A stretch of DNA of 64,000 bases from Epithemia pelagica (Eukaryota; Protista; Bacillariophyta): assembly GCA_946965045.2 (NCBI GenBank), contig OX337231.1:3596001-3660000 (forward strand), in the 5' to 3' direction. Below, piece after piece: positions 1 to 12,411 of the stretch; the first letter of the stretch is position 1, and every line of letters starts with the position of its first letter. The notes beneath the pieces are model-generated. The model made no database searches and was not told where the DNA came from. It saw only the letters and a list, made by a program, of their open reading frames with translations. The position numbers and the translations under genes were made by a program.

Positions 1-975
1 AGCTCGTGAGTGTGCCGTCCGGACCGCGGCCTTGGCAATTTGTTTGGCTTCCGACACTTGGACGCGACGGGCCTGCCACGTTTGCGTATAGTCTCGTTGC
101 TGTTGCTGCAACCGCTCCTGCCACTGTTGTGGTGGTTGTTGCGGCGTGTCATTGGACTCTTGGTTGGCTGTGGTGGTACGAGAGGCAGAGGCTGCGGCAA
201 TTTGGGCCGTGGCCTGGTCCATTTGACGCTGCAATTCCAGACACTCTTGCTCCAAGGTTTCACGTTCCAAACGCCATTCCTCTTGTTGTTGTTGTTGTGC
301 CACAAGAAGCGTCGAATTCTCCTCCTGTCGAATGGACATGGAAGTAGTCGTACTACTGTCTGTGGTGTTGGTTTGGTTCATGGTGCTGTGGACGAGAAGT
401 AGTGTTTCTTGGAGGTGTGCAATCTTGGCCGCTTGATGTTCAATTTCTTGTTGGAGGGGTTGAACATGTTGCGTTTCCCATTGGGATTGCGCCTCTTGAA
501 TGTGTGCGTCCCAGGCCAATTTCGTCGACGGTTTGGACAACCATTGTTGGTAATAGGCGTTCTGCCAGTCGGTCCCTGTCGAGTGGGGAACCTCCTCGTC
601 ATGGTCGTTTGGTTGTTGTTGTTGAAGCTGGTACAAATACTGTCGCAATGCGTCACGTTCGTGTTGCAGGGTTTGGACCATGTCTTGTAAAATGCGTGTC
701 TTGGCCTGCCAGAGCGAAGAAGAAGACGCATCGAGGTCCTCGGAGGAAGGATTTTGGGTTTCGGTGGACAGTGTACGGCGTGTCCTGCTAGAACGCAACA
801 ATGAGGAACGACCCGTCCAGTCTCCGATACGCGAGGGGGCCGTAGTCACAGGGAGTGGTGACAAGAAGGAGTGACATGGCTGCAGAATGGTTGTGGTTCT
901 CAGCAGCGACAGTAGCAGCAACAACCATACCCAATGGATGGAACCCATCATTTTGAATCGAGACCGTGTTCCCAT
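1..975 (-). CDS. Coiled-coil protein with bipartite (plastid-type) presequence, copy CC1; 3' end runs off the window
   Basis: Hand translation from ATG 975: MGTRSRFKMMGSIHWVWLLLLLSLLRTTTILQPCHS|FLSPLP...ILQDMVQTLQHERDALRQYLYQLQQ...WETQHVQPLQQEIEHQAAKIAHLQETL; frame checked near both ends and still open at base 1 (..AHSRA). Missing from the ORF track, presumably because it has no stop in the window. Inverted homolog of 28700-29801. Confidence 0.8.
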   Translation of the reverse strand, partial: MGTRSRFKMMGSIHWVWLLLLLSLLRTTTILQPCHSFLSPLPVTTAPSRIGDWTGRSSLLRSSRTRRTLSTETQNPSSEDLDASSSSLWQAKTRILQDMVQTLQHERDALRQYLYQLQQQQPNDHDEEVPHSTGTDWQNAYYQQWLSKPSTKLAWDAHIQEAQSQWETQHVQPLQQEIEHQAAKIAHLQETLLLVHSTMNQTNTTDSSTTTSMSIRQEENSTLLVAQQQQQEEWRLERETLEQECLELQRQMDQATAQIAAASASRTTTANQESNDTPQQPPQQWQERLQQQQRDYTQTWQARRVQVSEAKQIAKAAVRTAHSRA

Positions 976-1800
976 GACAAACGAGGGCTTTTGGCATGAA
1001 AAGAATGACGCAATCCTCGTTCCTCGACACACCCAACGACGATCTCTCTTTGGTATCTTTGTCAGGGATGGTTCGGAAGAGATTTTGTCGACAACCGGAG
1101 AGACAGACAGACATACAGACGCAACGACTTCCTAATTGGACGCAATAGTAGGAGTATTGTAGCAAGGGCTCTACCGTATTTTGCGGAGTCCTGTCCTCCC
1201 CCTTAGTCCTGTCCCCCCCCACTCCCCTTAAACGTACATGGGCCCCTAATTTTTTATCTGTAGCTTCTTTCTGGGCTTATGGGTTACCCCCACATTCCTC
1301 ACGTTCCGAGCTTTCTATCACACTATCTGACATTATATGGGAGTGAAGAGAAACAAGAGATACAGCATGATGGGTATTATGCTTAGGGATAAGGCTACGC
1401 ATTGAAGCACGGTCTTTCCCCTAACTGGAATAGTGCGACCAACTCTTCTCTACTACTCCGATGTTGAAGTTGACTATTAATATGAAGTTAATTGTACCTT
1501 GCGTATGGAATCTTAAGAAAAATTATCCAAAATTGCGCAGTCCTTGCATAGAAGCAATTCTCTGTTCTCTCTCGCGTTGGATCTCACATTGTGGGAAGAC
1601 TTGCGGCTTCATCGGTGCTCCTCTCTTCTCTCCTCCTTCCCTCGATTACAATTCTTACAAACAGGAGTTGATCCACTCAACGCCAATACCCTTTGCAAAC
1701 ACCTTGTAAGAGCGACAACTCTGGCGCCAATACAAGTACATTGTTCCAAGAACAAACGATTGATTCACTTTATATTTTTTCCCTTAAGCAGACTGCATCC

Positions 1801-2625
1801 ATGACAACTACACTCCTTGTTCCGCAACTCCCATCACCTGCACCCACATCTTCATCATCATCATCATCATCATCATCATCTTATACTTCCATGAACGATC
1901 CTTACAACGCAACACCTCCATCAACGGATTCTATGCCAAGGCCCTTTGCTCCAGCCGCTCGAAGAATCACTCCAGTGCCTGCCATGCTGCTCCTTCAATT
2001 GCCATTGGCAACCCCCAAGAAGCAAGTGACATTTTACCCTACGGTCCAATACATTGCTGCCGAACACAAGGTCGACGACGATGAAAATGATCTATGGTAC
2101 AATATCAATGACATGCAAGCCTTTCGTGAACAAGCGCGAGTCGAGAGCCAACAACTCCACTTGGGATTGCCAAAGACCGACTCGGAGGACACGGAGGAAA
2201 CTACTCCAACCATGAACAACAAGAACAACAAGAACAACAAGAACCCAAAAGTGGCCAAGCCTTGTACTTTGGCTGTGAATGATGCTACACGAGGATTGGA
2301 AGCTCGCTTTTGCCGAGAACGCAGTCGTCGCAAATATTTGGCCACCAAATGTGTCGTCCGAGCGCAATCGAAATTGACACCGGATCGTTTGGCTGCCCTG
2401 TCCAGTCGGTGTTCGAAATGGGCCGTAGATTTGGCTCATACCGAAGCCGTGCGCGATTATCAACGAGCCTATGGTACTACAGCATCAAAAGAATGTAACG
2501 TGGACGAGCAACCACCACACGCCCAACAACAACAATCAAGAAACCAAGTTTCCAAACGATCCTTGAATGGCTCTTCTTCTCCTCACGAGCTAGGAGACCG
2601 AAGAGTCCGTGCCCGCATCGCCTAA
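1801..2625 (+). CDS. Unknown diatom family X member 1 (RVxF-like motif, WY..FR.EAR, RGLE..C.ER.RR, RDYQRAY)
   Basis: Single-exon ORF from ATG 1801. Motif blocks KKQVTFYPTVQYI / LWYNINDMQAFREQAR / TRGLEARFCRERSRRKY / WAVDLAHTEAVRDYQRAY are shared with other loci in the window. Confidence 0.85.
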   Translation: MTTTLLVPQLPSPAPTSSSSSSSSSSSYTSMNDPYNATPPSTDSMPRPFAPAARRITPVPAMLLLQLPLATPKKQVTFYPTVQYIAAEHKVDDDENDLWYNINDMQAFREQARVESQQLHLGLPKTDSEDTEETTPTMNNKNNKNNKNPKVAKPCTLAVNDATRGLEARFCRERSRRKYLATKCVVRAQSKLTPDRLAALSSRCSKWAVDLAHTEAVRDYQRAYGTTASKECNVDEQPPHAQQQQSRNQVSKRSLNGSSSPHELGDRRVRARIA

Positions 2626-3526
2626 TCCGTTCTGGCCGATGCTGTACAAAACCAAAGTGGAACTTTTCACTGTAACACCTCCTCTAGCTAGAGATGTACT
2701 ATTATTACACACCATAGACAGGAGCAGTCTTTACCCAACTCCATTGACATGGATCGCCTATTCGCACTTCCGTATCCAAATCGTTGTTGCTTTGCGGAAC
2801 CTGGTGTCTACAAGATAGATCCTTCCAGGAACCAATACCTATCAAGAAGCATTCGCTAGAGGGTTCACTTACCGATGCTGCGTAACCTACTCCCACTAGA
2901 ATAGAGCAAGAGGCATAGATCATAGATAGATTGAGTTGATTCGTGTGAAATGTCCAGACGTGATGTTGGGAGTCGGGAGATCGTTCGCGGGCACTGGGTT
3001 CTCGTTCTCTCTTTGACCTTGCGTATTCAGTCGCAGACTCCTGCCAAAGACACACCACACACCAGACACACCACATCCAACCAACGTATGAGCAATGACC
3101 AATGACCTTGCCCAAATTGCACAAACGAAACACGAAGAAAACGAGACACGATTGCCGATCGGCGAAGAAGGAACGATTGAATTGCCTCTTCAAACTTCAA
3201 AGTGTCGGATATTGTAGTCGTCCCCGGGTTTGAATCACACATAGAAAAGGATACTCAAAAATACATAGTGCATGCTTCGCGGAGCGCGTGCGTCCGTCCA
3301 TCCATCCCCCAAATCCAGTCACTCCCAAAACCACACGAGCTCCTTGCTCCTTCCCGAAAACGACGGACACATCATTCCCTCAAAATTCGCAACCCGATCA
3401 TCACTTTTATTCTCATACATTCTTGGGACAGTGTCGCTGAACCACCCTCACAACAAAAAACAGAAAACACGTCTCTTGTGCGTTTCTGTTGTCACTCTAT
3501 CTGACTCTTGAATTGCACCTCCCCCA

Positions 3527-4591
3527 ATGGCAGCCACAGTGTTCACGTCTATTCCACTGCCTTCCTCTGCATCGACTTCATTCATGTCGTGGAGCAACCT
3601 CAATCACGTCTCATCCTTACCCCTCACCATCACCAACACAACAACAGCACCAACGACCGGTGCATTGCATTCACACTATCCAGTACGACAAGAGCAGTCT
3701 GCTCCGTCCTTTGTGCATCAACCACAACATTTCTACATTGCTTCATCGTTTCCTTGTCCAGCATCTCCATCGACTTCCATGGTGGATTGTACCTTGAGAA
3801 CGAACGCCCTTAGTGCTCCTTCCATAGTTCACAGCAGCGCTGCAACGGTCCACCCCTGGCTGCCATCCTCCTCATCCTGGAGGGACGAGCCACATCCTCA
3901 CGTTGTATCTCCCACCCCCATGTGTCCCAAAAAGAAGGTTTCCTTTGCCTCCGATGTCCAACTCATTTTGTTTCAGTCTCCCTCCCCCGAGGCATCATCA
4001 TCCTCACCGAAACTCTCGTGGTACAATGAATCGGATTTGGCACTCTTTCGAGATGAAGCACGTTTGGAATGCCGAAAATTACGACTCCATGCCTGGCAGC
4101 ATCGTCAACCACCACAGGGTGTTAACGACCACCAAACCCAAACTCCATCAGTCCCCCAACCATCATCATTCGGAGAGAATCCAACCCAACCCTGCGCTTC
4201 ATCATCTTCTTCGTCGTCCTTGTGTTCCATGGCCTTGAATGAGGAAACACGGGGATTGGAAGGTCGCATGTGTCGCGAACGGCAACGTCGTCGATATTTG
4301 GCCATTCAAGCCGTGGTCCGGGGACAACATCAAGTATCCTCCGCCGAACGATTGGCCGCCTTGTACCAACGATGTACCAAATGGGCGGCCCGATTGGCCC
4401 ATTGCGAAGGACAACGAGATTTTCAACGAGCCTATGCACTGCACCATGGCAACACGCAACAGAGTGGTGGTGGTGGCGGCGTCAAGCGGGTCCATGCCGA
4501 GGCACACCCATTTACCGAGTGTTGGTTGTCGCCCAATGATGATCCGGACGATGTCTTTAATGATCGTCGAGTACGACAACGCGTCTCGTGA
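3527..4591 (+). CDS. Unknown family X member 2
   Basis: 354-aa ORF: KKKVSFASDVQLI / SWYNESDLALFRDEAR / TRGLEGRMCRERQRRRY / WAARLAHCEGQRDFQRAY. The C-terminus DRRVRQRVS resembles DRRVRARIA of X1. Confidence 0.85.
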   Translation: MAATVFTSIPLPSSASTSFMSWSNLNHVSSLPLTITNTTTAPTTGALHSHYPVRQEQSAPSFVHQPQHFYIASSFPCPASPSTSMVDCTLRTNALSAPSIVHSSAATVHPWLPSSSSWRDEPHPHVVSPTPMCPKKKVSFASDVQLILFQSPSPEASSSSPKLSWYNESDLALFRDEARLECRKLRLHAWQHRQPPQGVNDHQTQTPSVPQPSSFGENPTQPCASSSSSSSLCSMALNEETRGLEGRMCRERQRRRYLAIQAVVRGQHQVSSAERLAALYQRCTKWAARLAHCEGQRDFQRAYALHHGNTQQSGGGGGVKRVHAEAHPFTECWLSPNDDPDDVFNDRRVRQRVS

Positions 4592-5497
4592 AGAGGCCAC
4601 GAGCTACTTGAGAGACGAACAAGATAAAGTTGGCTCAAACATCCTCTCTGTTGTCGCTTTTCGGTTGGATCAGGCAGACCACACACAAGGATGCTATAAC
4701 GATCGCACGTGGCCGGCAAACAAAGAAAAAGACATGGACCGGTACACCGGTACGGACTGCATTCTCTCTTGATCGAAAGAGAGAGGATGATCAACTATAG
4801 CTCCATTCCTAGCGGTAACGAAACTCTCCGTGATGAACGCTAGACGATTCTTTGTTTGCTGTTTCTACTATCTAGTATCAGTAGTACTGTCGGTTCTCCA
4901 TTGCAATGGGCGAAGCACAATCTCTACTTTTGCAACGGACGAAACGCAATCTCTATAGGAGTACGTCAGATGTTGGTGGCCGCTGGATATGCCTTTTCAC
5001 TCCGTGGTTTCACGCAACAAGCCAACAGACATCATCTAAGTAGCTGGATACGACTCGAACGATGGACTACCTAGGTAGGTAGGTTTACATGCTTTTCACC
5101 GATTGTACGTCCGGCAATGGAAGGGTGCAGCATCACCCACGCACTCGGAACGGATCCTGCAAGCGATCCAGAAGTGTTTGTGTCGTGACAACGAATCGAT
5201 TCGGAATTCCATTCGGTTCCACGACGCGACGGTCGACGAGGCACCACGACAAATGGTGCTGGATCATTTCACGAAGCGCTTCAACTACATCGATTTGAAC
5301 AAGTGCTTTTGAAATGAAGCGTATAGTTTTCCACCACCAAGATCTATGCATGGTACCGCAAAACGCATGAAAGAAACACACTCCAGGATCCTGATACTGT
5401 TTCGCTTGTTCCGTGAAATTTGTGGTGTTAGTTTAGTTGACCTTCCCTGCTTCCGTTTAGGAAACTATAGTTTTATATAGTTGCATTGGTTCTTGCT

Positions 5498-7288
5498 TTA
5501 TTGCGCCGTCATGTTTTCCTTGTTAATCAAATGACTGGTGGTTTCCACGAGATGCAAGACCTTGTCAATATCGGCCGCCCAATCGGACAAGACTTGTTCG
5601 GGGGATTGCGGGGCCGAAAATCGCACAATGCCTTGCGGGCGATCCATTTTGGCATAAATGACACCATCACTGACCATACTGGCCACTTCCTGTTCGGCCC
5701 GATCCACGGGCAATTGGAGCAATTGCGCCAACCGAACGAGTCGGATGCGTCGATAATACTTGGCGACAATGCGAATGTTGTGTTGAATGATCCGGCGGTG
5801 CAAGACTTGTTTCCAATGGGAGGCCAAATCATCTTGTGTGACTTGTGAGAGGGTTTCCAATTCTTCGACTTGGCCCGGCATGGGATGGGCAATAATTTCT
5901 TGTTTCAAAAAGAGTTCAATCACCTTTTGAAAGGCCGTTGGCAACTGCTCGAGTGGACTGGTATCGGCTTGAATCCGATGCATCATGTCTTGTTGTTCAT
6001 TGCCATAGGGACTGAGAGCCAAAAAGACAATGGTAGCCTTGAGAGCTTCCATTCGGTCGGTATCGTCATCGTCGTCCGGTGTCGTTGTTGTGGTGGTGGC
6101 GTCTACTTGCATTTGGGTGGTGGCAGTGGACCGTGTCGAATAAATGGCATGATAATCCTTGGCCAATTCCAAGGCATCTTTGGCATGTCGTCGATGATAC
6201 AAGGTCAACAAATGATAAAAGCGCGTCTTGTATTCTTCCATGCCTTCTTCTTGCAATTGTTTGCGCGACACCTTCCCGGCGACAATGTGCGCTCGAACAT
6301 AATCTTGTTTGGCCAAGGTCAAGCGCAATTGTTCCAAAATAAATTCCACCTTTTCTCGTTTCGATAAGGATCCAAAGGTTTCGACATGGACATCTTGCAA
6401 GGTCTCGGCGGCGCCGGCCACATCGCCCTTGGCTTCCTAGACAAACCGGACACACAAGAAGAGAGGTGGTTGTTTGGTGTCGTGTAGCAGAAAGAGGGAA
6501 ATGAATGAGGAAAAGAACATCAGAGACGCAAAAACAAAGAGAAGATAACAAGAACAACAGCATGAAGACCCAAATGAGGACAGCCAGTTGCCAATAGTAA
6601 AAGAAGATATACAGGTTGCCTGCTCAAGATAGTTTGGGTAGTTTGCATGAATCGATCGAAGAATTCGTCCCATGTATAAAATCGTTCTTGATGCGTGCTC
6701 CGCAAGTTTTGTGGATATTCCAAAAACCCAGGTTCGTAGCATACATGAACACATGCCGCAACAGAGATCACCTACCTTAATTGTGGCCAATGCGCGCGTC
6801 AATTGGGCTCGTTCTCGTTCCAAAAAGATTTTGCCAATGGTAATATCGAGCAAGGCCTTGACCAACTCGTTTCGTTTGGTTTCCTCCACCTCATTTGTGA
6901 CGGGCAGTGGTGTATAGGGTACCTCTACACACCATGGCAAGGCCGTTTGCACCAAGGCTTGGACGGCGGCGGTTTTTTGCGATCGTCGCGTACTGAGGGT
7001 TTGCAAGGTGGACAACAAGACTTCTCCCGTTGCTGAATTATCGTGACTGTGACACAAGGTCAAGGCTGTTTCACAAACCTTGACCAAGGAAGGATTGTCG
7101 TTGTGCACCCGACATTTTTTCTCCAAGGCCAACAACAAGGCTAAGGCTTCTTGCAATTGTCCGGATTCCGCCAGTTGTTGCGCTTGTGGTACCTTGGCAC
7201 TCGTTTCCGCCGAAAAATCCACGCGTTCTTCCAATTGACCACCCGATGCGGCACCACTGCTACCTGTGACACCTCCCGAAGCGAACAT
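5498..7288 (-). CDS. RPN5: 26S proteasome lid subunit RPN5/PSMD12, two exons
   Basis: Exon 1 7288-6776 (MFASGG...ERERAQLTRALATIK), GT-AG intron 6775-6437, exon 2 6436-5498 (EAKGDVAGAAETLQDVHVETFGS...EKVEFILEQLRL...RIIQHNIRIVAKYYRRI...IYAKMDRPQGIVRF...LHLVETTSHLINKENM), giving a PCI-domain C-terminus. Confidence 0.95.
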
Positions 7289-7574
7289 GTTGCTGCTGCT
7301 ACAAACGGTTGTTCGAGAAAGGAAAAGGACGACAACAAAGGTCCGAGCATTTTCGATTTGGATCCTCAAAGGTCTTGTGGGGCGGAGGTCTTCCCCCCAC
7401 CGAAACGTGACTTGTGACGTCATGTCTTTTTGTGGACTGTGTTATGTGGTTTCGAAGCGAGGCTATCTCTCCTTCTTTTGTGTTTCTTCGTGTTTGGCAG
7501 TCTCCAGAACAAAAGCGGAAACAAACCATTCTCTATTTGTTGATGCTCCAATCGAAATACACTATACTTATTCT

Positions 7575-8790
7575 TTATAGATACTGTTTGTAGATATCTT
7601 CAAAGGATCCCGTTTGTTGTTTACCACCGCCATCTAATTTCTTTTGGCCACCTCCCGTAGAGGATCCGTACAAGTCGTTCAAGGCCTTGGCCTTTTGCGA
7701 GGTTTTGCCACCCCCGCCACTTTTCAAGGCATCTTTTTCGGCCTGTTGGGCTTGGAGGGCCATTTGTTGGGCATATTCTTGAAAGCTCACATATCCGTCC
7801 TTGTCGTGATCAAAGTCTTCAAATTTGGGATAATCGGCTTCGGACAAGCCGGGATAATGACTCAAATAATTTTGCACATACATGTTGAATTCGGCGCGGG
7901 AAATGCGATCGTCGCCATCGACATCGGGTTGTTTGAATTCATCGTAATCTCGTTGGAGGGCTTCCAATTCGTGTTGGTGTTCCGTTTCTTTCAAGGCTTC
8001 TTGATACTGATTCACAAGGTAGGTCAATTCCTGAACCTGTTCCGTGAGTTTGTACACATCGTTGTAATATTGACTGTACAATTGCTTTTGTTCGCGTTGA
8101 AATTTACGCTTGGCCTTGCGCAAGACACGGTGACTGTGATACTTGCCGCCGGCCCACCAACCCACGGCGCCCGTCGCAAACAATTTCATCCAGCCGGGAC
8201 TATCCGAACCGAATCATTCGAATTATAACAGAAGTGCAATCCAATACACAAGAGGAAAATGTGCAGCGAGAAACGAGACCAACAAGCAAAACGGTAACAG
8301 ACAAGGTGCCGTGAAACAGCAAACCATTGATTCAACACAAAAAAGAAGACCAAACAGATGCAGTGGTTGAGACATTCACATAGCCATGAACGACGGCGAA
8401 TCACACTCGCAGAACCACGATCCTGGTCCCCCAAGCAAGCAACCAACCAACGACAAGTACAATTTTAGACTTGGACACTTACCCTCCACCGGCCGCAGCA
8501 TCTTGACCCATGAGTTTGTCTTGTTGTCGAGCGGCGTAGTCATGATAGAGATTGTCATTGTCATTGTATCCACCACCGCCACCACCACCATTGCCGTATT
8601 CGTCGGGATAATAATCCTCGTCTCCACCACCACCACCCGCAGCAGCACCATAGTCATTGTATTCGCCATAGGGATCCGATTGTCCCTGAACCGTGCCCAA
8701 CCACACGAGCAATAACAACGACAGCAGCACCGATGACACGATTGCGGTTCGCCTCCGAGTAGAGGAATGGGTTTGGTGAGACGACCGCAT
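7575..8790 (-). CDS. Signal-peptide / single-pass membrane protein with coiled coil and two EF-hands (gene A), two exons
   Basis: Exon 1 8790 (or 8841)-8483, phase-2 GT-AG intron 8482-8200, exon 2 8199-7575. Hydrophobic leader VLLSLLLLVWLGTVQG, acidic Tyr/Gly segment, GWWAGGKYHS, canonical loops DVDGDDRISRAEF and DHDKDGYVSFQEY. Confidence 0.85.
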
Positions 8791-9426
8791 GCGGCTGGTT
8801 CTCTTGGTCGTTGTGGCCACTGGTCTTGTCATGATGGTCATCAGACACTAGGAAAAGGTTTGCAGTCACTGTCGGATGGTCAATGGAAACAGTAAGGGAA
8901 GAGATTTGTCGACCTTTCCCAGAGATCACGTGTCAAGAGAGGATGGTGACAAGCTTGGATCTGGATCTGTCCAAGCCCTTCGTCTTCTCCGTTCGTCGAT
9001 CGCGATGGAGGGAGAAGATACGTTGCCGTGTGTGATTGTGATGGTTTGTGCGTGATGGCTCATCGTGGGAAGACACGTGGAACCTTCTTCGTCCGTCCGT
9101 CTTTACCGAACGCGTGGAAGGTGTGTAAATTGGGTCGCTCTTAGGTCGTGTTTATAGAAAAGTGACAGGTGGAAGATTTTTGCCAATGAAGATACGTACC
9201 GACACCGACATTGCTTTGCTCCGTCTCGATCGACTTGAAACGAACTCTCTTGGTCTGCTTTCTTGGATTTTCTCCGTAAACCTGCTCGCTTGGTGCAGAA
9301 AAGTCTAAGAGGAACACGAGAAAGTGAGAAGTTGCATTGATTGATTCCAACGATTTAGATTCTTCGAGAGAAAACCGATACTACGGGCCGACAATTCATC
9401 GCAATCATTGAAGGAGACAACACACC

Positions 9427-10209
9427 ATGGTCACTTTGTCATCCAAGAGTCACTCAACAGTCTCCAGTTGGCAGACAACCCTGTTTCATTCATTCCTTCG
9501 ATCGTTGGTATGGATGTTGGTTTTGAGCATGGGAGGAGTGCAAGGACAACAGTACGGTGGTGATGGTGGGAGTGACCCGTACTACGAACCCGAATACGAA
9601 CAAGACAATTTGTATTATGATTATGCCGCACGGCAAGAACAAAAGGGGTGAGTCCTAACGAACCAGAACAACAACAACAACAATGCAGCAAAGATTCTTT
9701 TGCCAAAAAAAACATCCATATCGAGACACGACCCTGCCAGTTGTTCTGAAAGGGTGTCATGTCCATTGGGCCCGTCGTTCTTTGGATCGTTCGGTCGAGG
9801 CTTTCCCAAACTGGATCATGTCACGTCTATGCGGCTCTGTCTTGTTGGATTGCTTCTCATTTTTCTGTTCTTGCATCATGCTGTGTTGTGCTTGTTTTCG
9901 TCATCTTGGTGTTTTTGCTGTGTATTCGCCTGGAGCAGCGACGGCGCCATGGCGGGTGGTGGCGGTGCCATGGGGGGCGGCGGGGGTCCCCCCACGTGGT
10001 TGGTGGCCGGTGGATCGGCCGTCATGGGATGGTGGATGGGCGGGTCCTATCATTCGCGCAAACAAAAAAAGAAGTTAACGTCCAAATTCAAGGCCGATCA
10101 AAAAGCCCTCTATCAACAATATTACGAAGATGTCTATGCCTTGCAAATACAAAATGCCGAACTCATTCAAGCCTTGGAACAAATGGGTGTCAAAATCCAA
10201 AAACAGTAA
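9427..10209 (+). CDS. Paralog of gene A lacking EF-hands (gene B), two exons
   Basis: Exon 1 9427-9647, phase-2 GT-AG intron 9648-9938, exon 2 9939-10209. Shares DNLY(Y/H)DYAARQ, GWWxGGxYHS and QKxLYxQYYxDVY with gene A. Confidence 0.85.
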
Positions 10210-10601
10210 AAATGCCCAATAACAAGAAGAAGAAGAAACACTCTATTTTTATCTCGCGAGTATAGTTGGATATCCTTTGCAGCGCACGGCAGTGCTGAAA
10301 ACTAGACAATGGTTGTACTACAATGGACTTTGTGTTTGCTGAAGAGACACAAGACGAACGGCTCCGTGTACGACGGTCTACATAGGTCCTGGTTCGCGCA
10401 ACCAGACTCAAATGCATGGCGAGCGATTGTGTCTATAGTAGGATCGTTACATCAATGTCAGACGAGTCTTTTCTGGAGTGTCCGTTCTCTCTGTTTTGAA
10501 AGGAGGTCGTACACATGGTTGCTCATGGTTCGACAAACAAGAGCAGCAAGTGAAAATTCCTAGTAGTAGTAGTCCTACCGTATTACGGATGGTAAGGTCT
10601 T

Positions 10602-11774
10602 TTAATTTCGATTCTTTCCTTTCTTTTTCTTTTTCTTCTTTTTGCCAAGGCCACGTGCCGCTTTTCGTTCTTCTTGGATGGCAAGTTTTTCGGCTTCAAT
10701 ATCTTGAACGACCGTTTCCAACAAACCCAATTGACGTTCAATCGATCCATTGCGAATCAATTCCATCATGACACGGAATTCGTCGGCCGAAAAGGTCAGA
10801 CCTCGTTTCGTCTCGACCGTACGACCCAGAGTTTCGTCGTAATTCATCTGAAAGGAACAACAAAAAAGAACAAAAACAACAAGAAAAGGGTGAGAAAAAA
10901 GACTGGAACGAACAACAGTAACAAAAGGAGCACATCCAATAGACAAGCGACGGACTCGAGTGCTGTTCCAATAATACGTTTGTGGTAGAACATGTCGTCC
11001 TTGAAGCACTATTCTTCAGACACACACATTGTTACAGCACTCGACTCCTCGCTCCATCGACGGTTTCACGATACCATTGTGATATTTGGTGTGACTCCAT
11101 ACTCGGTGGTTTGCTCAGCGTGTTCGTACCTGTCGGAGATCGACAAAGACACCAGTTCCTTTGGTTTGTACCGTCAATCGTCGTTTCTTGACCAAATCAT
11201 AATACAATTCTCCTGCCGCATTGCGTGTGACACCCTCTTTTTCATTTTCTTCTTGTCGCCAGGCACGAACGGCTTGTTTTTCCAATTGTCGACGTTCTCG
11301 ATGCGTCAGGGTGACTGATTCGTCGTCCTCGTCGTCCTCCTCCTCCGCATCGGAGGCAGACTCTTCGTCTTCTTCTTGGTCTGCAGTCTCGTCTCCGTCT
11401 TTGTCGTCTTGTGGGGTGGGTGGTGCTGGATCCCATGGTTTTCGTTTGGTAGGGGTAGCAGGTGCATCCCATGCACGTCGTTTGCTGGTGGTGGTCGATG
11501 CGGCTGTGGGAGTATCCCATGGTCGTTTGGCAGCACTGTGCCATCGAATCTGAGTCGTGGTGGTGGTGGTTGTTGTTGCAGTGGATGGACCGGATTGCAG
11601 TCGTTGTGGTGATGATGGTTGGGATACTACGGGGGACAACGGAGTCGTCATGGCAACCGGGGTGGTAGCAGCTGTGGATGCCACGCACGAAGAAACCAAA
11701 GATCGAGTGGTATTCGACGGTTGTGCAAGCAATTTGGAACCGATGGCTTTTTGATACAACAACCGGACCCACAT
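10602..11774 (-). CDS. PC4/Sub1-fold ssDNA-binding protein with mitochondrial-type presequence (PC4-A), two exons
   Basis: Exon 1 11774-11130, phase-0 intron 11129-10848, exon 2 10847-10602. Spliced domain YYDLVKKRRLTVQTKGTGVFVDLRQ|MNYDETLGRTVETKRGLTFSADEFRVMMELI matches the PC4 pattern (F.L...R.V.V..F....VDIR.......KGI.L...QF..L). Confidence 0.75.
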
Positions 11775-12411
11775 GGTGGAGTTTGTGGCAATGTTTGTTG
11801 TTCTTTAGCAGCCGCCAAGTGTTGTTGCCGTGTGATCGTTGTTTTGTTGTGCAAAGGGACCCTCTCGCCGGCCTTGTCGTCAAGCTCTCCGTCGTTCTGC
11901 AAAGAATCGAGTTCTTTGACTCGATCTCAAACTATCTTGGTTTCAGTATTGTTGTCGTCTCTAGATCGATGAACGACCCAACGAACACAACCGCAACAAC
12001 AACAACATCGCCATCTGAAGAAGGCAAAAGATACCGTTCTGTTGATTGGACGGTCCTTGGCCAGTCGCTCAAAATCAGACGCATCTGCGTCGCGTATTTC
12101 GTGGTCATTGCTACCAATGCTATCCTCTCCAGGACAATGGTGCCCAAGTATCTTTGCTATAGGCGGCAAAGATCATCCAACGAATACGCTTTTCCATCGG
12201 TTCGTGCAGTTTTCTTCTACATTTGACACACAGAGAGACTATAAACTGAAAGACTTTGGAGGTAGAATCTCCTATCCACTATACAGTTCTTTAGACTTGC
12301 CACCGCCGGGTGTGCTTCGGTGGACGGCCATGGTTTTGTTCTTGTGCCGATGGACGGTTTGCCTTCTACTTCCTAGGAAGAAGAGCCGCACTAGACCTAG
12401 AATGTATCGTT

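Noticed and set aside
1200-1790. AT-richer segment with AGTCCTGTCC direct repeat and TTAA as a possible transposon end
   Set aside because: No matching terminal inverted repeat, target-site duplication or transposase found in the window.
5103-5312. 69-aa ORF with protein-like composition downstream of X2
   Set aside because: Starts at TTG, no recognisable motif or splice partner; cannot be supported.
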